DNA from: a bacterium
GTDB lineage: Bacteria; Zhuqueibacterota; Zhuqueibacteria; Residuimicrobiales; Krinioviventaceae
Reading direction: 5' to 3'
DNA: 64,000 nucleotides
Assembly (NCBI GenBank): GCA_963674595.2
Contig: CAXXFV010000023.1
Coordinates: 640,001-704,000 of the forward strand
Shown here: one piece after another, positions 58,561 through 64,000 of the stretch
Position numbering within the stretch: the first letter of the stretch is position 1
Layout: each line of letters starts with the position of its first letter
Made by a program: the position numbers and the translations under genes
The notes under the pieces: model-generated
The model's input: the letters and a program-made list of their open reading frames with translations, nothing else
The model's database searches: none
What the model was told of the DNA's origin: nothing

Positions 58561-59349
58561 ATGGATAAATCATTAAGAATTGCAGCAACGGGAATGCGGG
58601 CCCAACAACTGCACATAGACACCATTGCCAATAATTTGGCAAATGTCAACACTACCGGTTTTAAAAAGAGTAAGGTAGAATTCCAGGACTTGTTATATCA
58701 AACCATTCGTCCTGCCGGTGCTTCAGTTTCTGAAGATGTCAAGGCCCCTACGGAATTACAAGTAGGTTGTGGAACTAAACCTGTCTCTACGACAAAGATG
58801 TTTACTCAGGGTGATGTGGTTGCTACAGATAATGCTTTAGACCTTGCCATTGAAGGCGATGGTTTTTTTCAGTTGCGAATGCCGGACGGTACTCTGGCTT
58901 ATACCCGGGATGGTTCATTCAAAGTTTCCGATGATGGTCAAATTGTAAATTCTGACGGATATGTTTTGGAACCTTCCATTGCTTTGCCGCAGGACACACA
59001 AAGTATCAGTATCGGCCGCGATGGTCTTGTTGCTGTAACAGTCGCCGGATCCAATGAAACTCAGGATATTGGCCAAATAGAGCTGGCACGTTTCGTTAAT
59101 CCCGGTGGATTGAAAAATGTAGGACGTAATTTATTACAATATACTTCAGCTTCAGGAGAGCCCATTGTCGGAAATCCTGAACTGGACGGATTTGGTGCTT
59201 TGGGACAGGGATTTTTGGAAAGTTCCAATGTTGACGTTGTTGACGAAATGGTAAATATGATTACGGCCCAACGTGCCTATGAAATTAACTCCAAAACCAT
59301 TCGTACAGCCGATGATATGATGAGCCTTGTTAACGGTTTGAAACGTTAA
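58561..59349 (+). CDS. flgG: Flagellar distal rod protein FlgG
   Basis: ANNLANVNTTGFKK..FQDLLYQ, YTRDGSF, AQRAYEINSK. Confidence 0.97.
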   Translation: MDKSLRIAATGMRAQQLHIDTIANNLANVNTTGFKKSKVEFQDLLYQTIRPAGASVSEDVKAPTELQVGCGTKPVSTTKMFTQGDVVATDNALDLAIEGDGFFQLRMPDGTLAYTRDGSFKVSDDGQIVNSDGYVLEPSIALPQDTQSISIGRDGLVAVTVAGSNETQDIGQIELARFVNPGGLKNVGRNLLQYTSASGEPIVGNPELDGFGALGQGFLESSNVDVVDEMVNMITAQRAYEINSKTIRTADDMMSLVNGLKR

Positions 59350-59356
59350 ATAAGAG

Positions 59357-60100
59357 ATGGTTATTATGAAATTTCGTTTATTAACAAATATGTACCTGTT
59401 GTTTTTTATTGTTGTTTTGTTTGTATCTTTTGCTTTTGGCAAATCCCTCGAATCGGGAACAACAAATAATGGTTTGATAGAAATTGGTATAAAAAAATAT
59501 ATCGAGTCCCGGTTTGGCAAGGAAGACAAAATTACAGTAGAAGTGATTTCTGTTACCCCGGATATAGCCGGTGCGGTTGCACCTCCGATTACAATTTCTA
59601 CACGAAAAAAGGGAATCCTCAGAGGACGTACTGTCTTTCAGGTCACTTTTACAAACAGAGGCAAAAAAGAAGAACATCAGGTCCTAGCGTTGGTAAAAAG
59701 ATTTCAAGAGGTTGTTATTACTTCACAGCTATTGGAACGTAATGATGTTATTGCAGTGGATGACGTGCAGCTTGAGCTTTGTGAAGTAAACTGGTCTACG
59801 CATGAGAAACTTGTCAGTATGAAGGATATTATTGGTAAACGTGCCACAAGACGTTTATCTCCCGGTCGTGTATTAACAGAATCGATGGTTGAAAATGTTC
59901 CGGTTATTGAACACGGAAGTTTGGTTAATATGGAATTTATCAGCAAAGGTTTGAGTTTGTCTCTTCCTGTTCAAGCATGCCAGGATGGATGTGTGGGTGA
60001 AGTGATTAAAGTAAAAAATATGACCAATGGCGCTTATTATCTGGCTGCTGTTGAAAGTCCTGATAAAGTAACCTTTGAACAAAACAAGAGTTTAAGATGA
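59357..60100 (+). CDS. flgA: Flagellar P-ring chaperone FlgA
   Basis: Signal peptide, SAF-like domain, QDGCVGEVIKVKN; between flgG and flgH. Confidence 0.88.
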   Translation: MVIMKFRLLTNMYLLFFIVVLFVSFAFGKSLESGTTNNGLIEIGIKKYIESRFGKEDKITVEVISVTPDIAGAVAPPITISTRKKGILRGRTVFQVTFTNRGKKEEHQVLALVKRFQEVVITSQLLERNDVIAVDDVQLELCEVNWSTHEKLVSMKDIIGKRATRRLSPGRVLTESMVENVPVIEHGSLVNMEFISKGLSLSLPVQACQDGCVGEVIKVKNMTNGAYYLAAVESPDKVTFEQNKSLR

Positions 60101-60687
60101 AAATTAAATTATTTATAACATTAATGCTTTTCTTTTCTACGGTTCGTTTTTTCAATCCGACATTGTGTGTGGCCCAGAGTTATCAACAGATGTCCTTGTT
60201 TACGGACCACCGTGCCAGACAGGTTGGCGATATTGTTACAATATTAATCGTAGAATATTCAAGCGCGAAAAGTGAAGCAAACAGTAGCAATGAAAAGACC
60301 AGTGACCATGGTGTACAGGCTACTGGTGGCCCAAAATCAGAATCTTATATGCCGATGTTTGGATTGCGTGGCAAGTTTAACAACGGATTTGATAATAGTG
60401 GTGAAACCTCACGTAAGGGAAGTTTGACCGGCAAAATAACGGCCACAATTTCCGAGGTAAAGCCTAATGGCACATTGGTTATAAACGGAACAAGAGTGGT
60501 TGCTGTTAACGGCGAAACAGAAAAGATTTTAATAAACGGAGTGATCCGGGCTGAAGATATTCGAAGTGATAATACAATTTTTTCTTATCAGGTTGCTGAC
60601 GCCCAGATTTCTTATGCCGGTAAAGGCATTGTTTCCAAGGGACAAAAGCCGGGAATGCTGGACAAGTTGCTTGGTTGGATTTTTTAA
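60097..60687 (+). CDS. flgH: Flagellar L-ring protein FlgH
   Basis: SLFTDHRARQVGDIVTILI, PNGTLVINGT, VADAQISY. Confidence 0.93.
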   Translation: MKIKLFITLMLFFSTVRFFNPTLCVAQSYQQMSLFTDHRARQVGDIVTILIVEYSSAKSEANSSNEKTSDHGVQATGGPKSESYMPMFGLRGKFNNGFDNSGETSRKGSLTGKITATISEVKPNGTLVINGTRVVAVNGETEKILINGVIRAEDIRSDNTIFSYQVADAQISYAGKGIVSKGQKPGMLDKLLGWIF

Positions 60688-60713
60688 TATACAGGATGTA
60701 TGGAGTTTTTAAA

Positions 60714-61838
60714 ATGCTGAATCGTTTTTACACCGGATTGAAATATTTAATATTTGTGTTGAGCATAATAATTATTGCCGATGCAAATAATATAACATTT
60801 GCTGCTGCACGAGTGAAAGACCTTGTGGATATTAAAGGCGTGCAAGACCAAAAGCTGATCGGTTACAGTCTTGTGATTGGGCTGGATGGCACCGGAGATT
60901 CACGCCGATCTACCATGACGGCCCAGGCCGTACGAAACATGCTGACGAAAATGGGCATGAATGTACCGGATAATAATTTGGCTGTCCGCAATGTTGCTTC
61001 GGTTATGGTCACCGCTAGTGTTTCTCCTTTTGCCGGAATTGGCAGCGCGGCAGATGTTACGGTATCTTCACTTGGTGATGCTTCCAGTTTGGAAGGCGGA
61101 ACCCTGCTTATGACACCACTAATGGGTAAGGACAATTTGGTATATGCTGTTGCTCAGGGACCTTTGAGTATTGGCGGATTTAATGTTGAAACGATGAGCG
61201 GAGAGCGTTATCGAAAAAATTATTCCCTTGTTGGACGGGTGCCAAACGGTGCTGTGATTGAACGAGGCATGGAGGCGCAACTGATTCAGGGACAAAATCT
61301 GGAAATGATGTTAAGGCAACCGGATTTTACCACGGCTGTTCGCATTGCGGAAGCGATAAACAATCAGGTTGGCAGTTCTGCTGCTAATGCTGTTGATCCG
61401 GGAAGGGTAAATGTACAGGTTACAGACCCGGCCCAGGTTATGTCATTGGTAGCTCAAATTGAGGGTATTGAAGTGGATGCCGATCAGGAAGCACGTGTTG
61501 TTATCAATGAGCGGACCGGTACGGTTGTTGTCGGTCAGGACGTTCATTTAATGCCCACGGCTGTTGCGCACGGAAATTTAACAATAAAAATAAGTTCATC
61601 TCCCTATGTTTCTCAACCACCTGCTTTTTCAGGCGGATCTACTGTTGTTGTTCCGCAAACACGAACACAGGTTATTGAAGAACAGGGTGCAAGTGTGGCG
61701 GTGATGGATGATGTAGCCAATGTTGAAGAATTAGCTTCAATGTTAAATAGTTTACAGGTGTCACCGCGTGACATCATTGCCATTTTCCAGGCATTAAAAA
61801 CGGCCGGCGCTTTGCAGGCAAAACTTGTAATTATGTAA
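60714..61838 (+). CDS. flgI: Flagellar P-ring protein FlgI
   Basis: ARVKD, GLDGTGD, NVASVMVTA, GDASSLEGGTLLMT, NERTGTVV, AGALQA; GGAG + ATG 60714. Confidence 0.96.
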   Translation: MLNRFYTGLKYLIFVLSIIIIADANNITFAAARVKDLVDIKGVQDQKLIGYSLVIGLDGTGDSRRSTMTAQAVRNMLTKMGMNVPDNNLAVRNVASVMVTASVSPFAGIGSAADVTVSSLGDASSLEGGTLLMTPLMGKDNLVYAVAQGPLSIGGFNVETMSGERYRKNYSLVGRVPNGAVIERGMEAQLIQGQNLEMMLRQPDFTTAVRIAEAINNQVGSSAANAVDPGRVNVQVTDPAQVMSLVAQIEGIEVDADQEARVVINERTGTVVVGQDVHLMPTAVAHGNLTIKISSSPYVSQPPAFSGGSTVVVPQTRTQVIEEQGASVAVMDDVANVEELASMLNSLQVSPRDIIAIFQALKTAGALQAKLVIM

Positions 61839-61846
61839 GTGTTGAT

Positions 61847-62722
61847 ATGCATATTAATAGTGTAAAATCTCAATTTATCCCTCTTGATAATAGTCAAGAG
61901 ACAAAGAAAGTAAATAACGATAAAGAGTTACAGCGATTAAAAAAGGTCTGTGCTGATTTTGAAGCTGTTATGTTATCCAAATTGATGAAATCAATGCGGC
62001 AGACAGTTGGCGAAAGTTCGTTGTTTGGAGAAGGTTTTGGCGCTGAAACATATCAAAGTATGTTTGATACCAAAATGGCAGAAGAGATAGCACACGGCAG
62101 TGGTTTTGGAATTGGTGAACTTTTGTATAAAGAATTGTCCCAAAGGTTTTCAGGTGAGGACCTGCCGGAAATCAATAAACCGATTTCCATTAAAAGCATT
62201 ATCGCAAAGCAATCTTCTGATTCAAATAATAATATCACCGTAAACCGGACATCTGCTGAATCCAACAATAGCATTATCGAAAACAAGACACTTGCCGTTT
62301 CCGATACAACAGTGTCCAGAATTCAACAATATCATAACATCATTGAACAAGCTTCTAATGAACAGGAATTACCTGTACATTTGGTTTATGGTGTTATAAC
62401 CCAGGAATCCAGTGGACGAGAAGATATTGTCTCACGTGCCGGTGCCAAGGGATTGATGCAATTAATGGACAGTACAGCCGCAGATTTGGGTGTTAAAAAT
62501 TCTTTTAATCCTGAAGAAAATATTCAGGGCGGCGTTCGTTATTTAAAACAAATGTTGGACCGTTTTGGCGAAACAGAGCTGGCACTTGCCGCTTATAATG
62601 CCGGACCCGGTAATGTTGAAAAATATGGTGGAATTCCACCGTTTAAAGAAACACAAGAATATGTTGATAAAGTAATTGGTTACAGCAATTCCTATAAAAA
62701 AATGTTTGACGAAAATATTTAG
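61847..62722 (+). CDS. flgJ: FlgJ rod-binding domain fused to an SLT (GH23) lytic transglycosylase
   Basis: FEAVML..MKSMR, SGFGIGELLYKEL; QESSG, GAKGLMQLM, ALAAYNAGPG, ETQEYV. Confidence 0.9.
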   Translation: MHINSVKSQFIPLDNSQETKKVNNDKELQRLKKVCADFEAVMLSKLMKSMRQTVGESSLFGEGFGAETYQSMFDTKMAEEIAHGSGFGIGELLYKELSQRFSGEDLPEINKPISIKSIIAKQSSDSNNNITVNRTSAESNNSIIENKTLAVSDTTVSRIQQYHNIIEQASNEQELPVHLVYGVITQESSGREDIVSRAGAKGLMQLMDSTAADLGVKNSFNPEENIQGGVRYLKQMLDRFGETELALAAYNAGPGNVEKYGGIPPFKETQEYVDKVIGYSNSYKKMFDENI

Positions 62723-62731
62723 TGTGGCATT

Positions 62732-63265
62732 ATGACCATAGCAATAGAAAATATTCCACAAGAAATAAGCAATAGCTGGGTAGAAGAACTGATTCAATTG
62801 ATACAGGATGAAATCGGTTCCTATAATTTATTGCTCAACCAGCTAAAAGCACAGCAAAGTGCCATTATTGATCGTGATATTTTACGAATGACTGAGAATA
62901 GCAAAAATGCCCAGGATTATATCCACATGGCCAAGGAAGCCTCTTTAAAACGTGCGGAAAAAATCAAACAGGTCAACATACCAGTCAGACCGAAACAGGA
63001 ATTGCAATCAATTGAGCATGTTATTCCTATTGTTAAAAAACAATATTCTGATCGTTTAACCGAATTACGTACGACTTTAAAAGCCGTAATTAAAGACATT
63101 AATCATTTAAACAAGGTCAGCGCGCATTTATTGGCCCGATCTTTGGAACATGTTAATAAGAATTTGGAATTGATTTACGCCGCAGCAGAACCAAATAAAA
63201 ATTATGATGCCGGCGGAAATTTACAAAAATTTAAAAAATATTCAGTAATGATGGAAGTTGTTTGA
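62732..63265 (+). CDS. flgN: Flagellar export chaperone FlgN
   Basis: Helical; LN..LL..SL pattern and terminal Y..G; directly upstream of flgK. Confidence 0.75.
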   Translation: MTIAIENIPQEISNSWVEELIQLIQDEIGSYNLLLNQLKAQQSAIIDRDILRMTENSKNAQDYIHMAKEASLKRAEKIKQVNIPVRPKQELQSIEHVIPIVKKQYSDRLTELRTTLKAVIKDINHLNKVSAHLLARSLEHVNKNLELIYAAAEPNKNYDAGGNLQKFKKYSVMMEVV

Positions 63266-63312
63266 CCATGAATTTGTACAAGTTTGATAATTATAGTATT
63301 AAGGAGTAAATT

Positions 63313-64000
63313 GTGCCGTCTGTTAATAGTTTATTGGAAATTGCACGCAGGGGCCTTTCAGCTAGTCAGATAGGAATTAATACAACCGGTCATAATATTA
63401 CGAATGCCGAAGTAGAGGGATATTCCCGGCAGCGTGTTAATTTGCAGACAAACTCTCCCTTATATTATAGTGGATATGCTATCGGTACTGGTGTTGATGT
63501 GGATGGGATTACCAGGATACGGGATCAGTTTTTAGATAAGCAAATTAACTTACAAAAGCAATCTCTCGGTTATTTTCAGGCATTGGAAACAAAATACAAT
63601 CAGCTTGAAAGTATTTATGGAGAGCCGTCAGATACTGGTTTGGCTTCTTCATTGAACAACTTTTTTAGTGCCTGGCAGGACCTGGCAAATGATCCGGATA
63701 GTTTGGATACACGTAATTTGGTTTATCAGTCAGGTTATGCACTGAGTAATAAATTCAATTCGCTGCATTTCAAACTTACAGATTTGCAGGATTCATTGGA
63801 ACCTGATTTTGATGAAACAGTCATCCAATTTAACAGTTATACACGTCAATTAGGTGAAATAAATATCCAGTTAACGTCTGTCGGGCAGGCCAGTAGTCAG
63901 GCTGGTGATCTGTTGGATGCAAGGGACCAACTTTTACAGGATATTAGTGAAATTGCTGATGTTAATATCCAAAAAAACCAGTATGGTCAGGTTATGTTGA
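63313..64000 (+). CDS. flgK: Hook-associated protein FlgK (5' part, truncated by window end)
   Basis: Not in the ORF track; AAGGAG + GTG 63313 reads MPSVNSLLEIARRGLSASQIGINTTGHNITNAEVEGYSRQRV..GTGV..RIRD..FFSAWQDLANDP..DLLDARD. Confidence 0.93.
   Translation, partial: MPSVNSLLEIARRGLSASQIGINTTGHNITNAEVEGYSRQRVNLQTNSPLYYSGYAIGTGVDVDGITRIRDQFLDKQINLQKQSLGYFQALETKYNQLESIYGEPSDTGLASSLNNFFSAWQDLANDPDSLDTRNLVYQSGYALSNKFNSLHFKLTDLQDSLEPDFDETVIQFNSYTRQLGEINIQLTSVGQASSQAGDLLDARDQLLQDISEIADVNIQKNQYGQVML

Noticed and set aside
393-63099. Numerous minus-strand and nested plus-strand ORFs of 60-180 aa
   Set aside because: All overlap well-supported genes or promoters, lack recognisable motifs, and are expected shadow ORFs.
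1-64000. rRNA, tRNA, CRISPR arrays, transposases, integrases, prophage or defence genes
   Set aside because: None seen; intergenic gaps are short and explained by promoters and terminators.

Overview
AT-rich bacterial chromosome segment with essentially all genes on the + strand. Positions 1-7910 hold housekeeping and stress genes: a PurS-PurS-PurL fusion plus purQ, a UVR-motif protein, a PfpI/ferritin-like fusion, a probable outer-membrane beta-barrel and comF. Positions ~8.2-64 kb are one flagellar/chemotaxis supercluster: a small CxCG protein, a sensorless histidine kinase and a sigma-54 activator; then flgBC-orf-fliEFGHIJ-motE-like-fliK-flgD-TIGR02530-flgE-motAB-fliLMNOPQR-flhBAFG-orf-fliA-orf; then a ~20 kb chemotaxis block (RR, cheY, cheX, cheA, YfiR-like, 3 MCPs, 2 cheW, ParA-like, cheR, cheD, cheY, cheX, cheB, hybrid kinase); then flgFGAHIJN and a truncated flgK. 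FlgH/FlgI and the beta-barrel indicate a diderm. The gene order suggests an FCB-like lineage (e.g. KSB1/Calditrichota), but that is inference only. Five sigma-54 -24/-12 candidates are visible, two preceded by the same tandem enhancer-like site. Most notable signals: a GC-rich two-hairpin RNA element between the TIGR02530 gene and flgE; a His-to-Asp substitution at the kinase phosphoacceptor; a YfiR-like + CHASE8-like MCP module; a ParA plus ParB-peptide-CheW pair; FliM lacking its CheY-binding peptide; a GTPase-degenerate FlhF; and an apparent frameshift at the cheA 5' end. No rRNA, tRNA, CRISPR array or mobile element was seen. All assignments are by motif recognition, without database searches.
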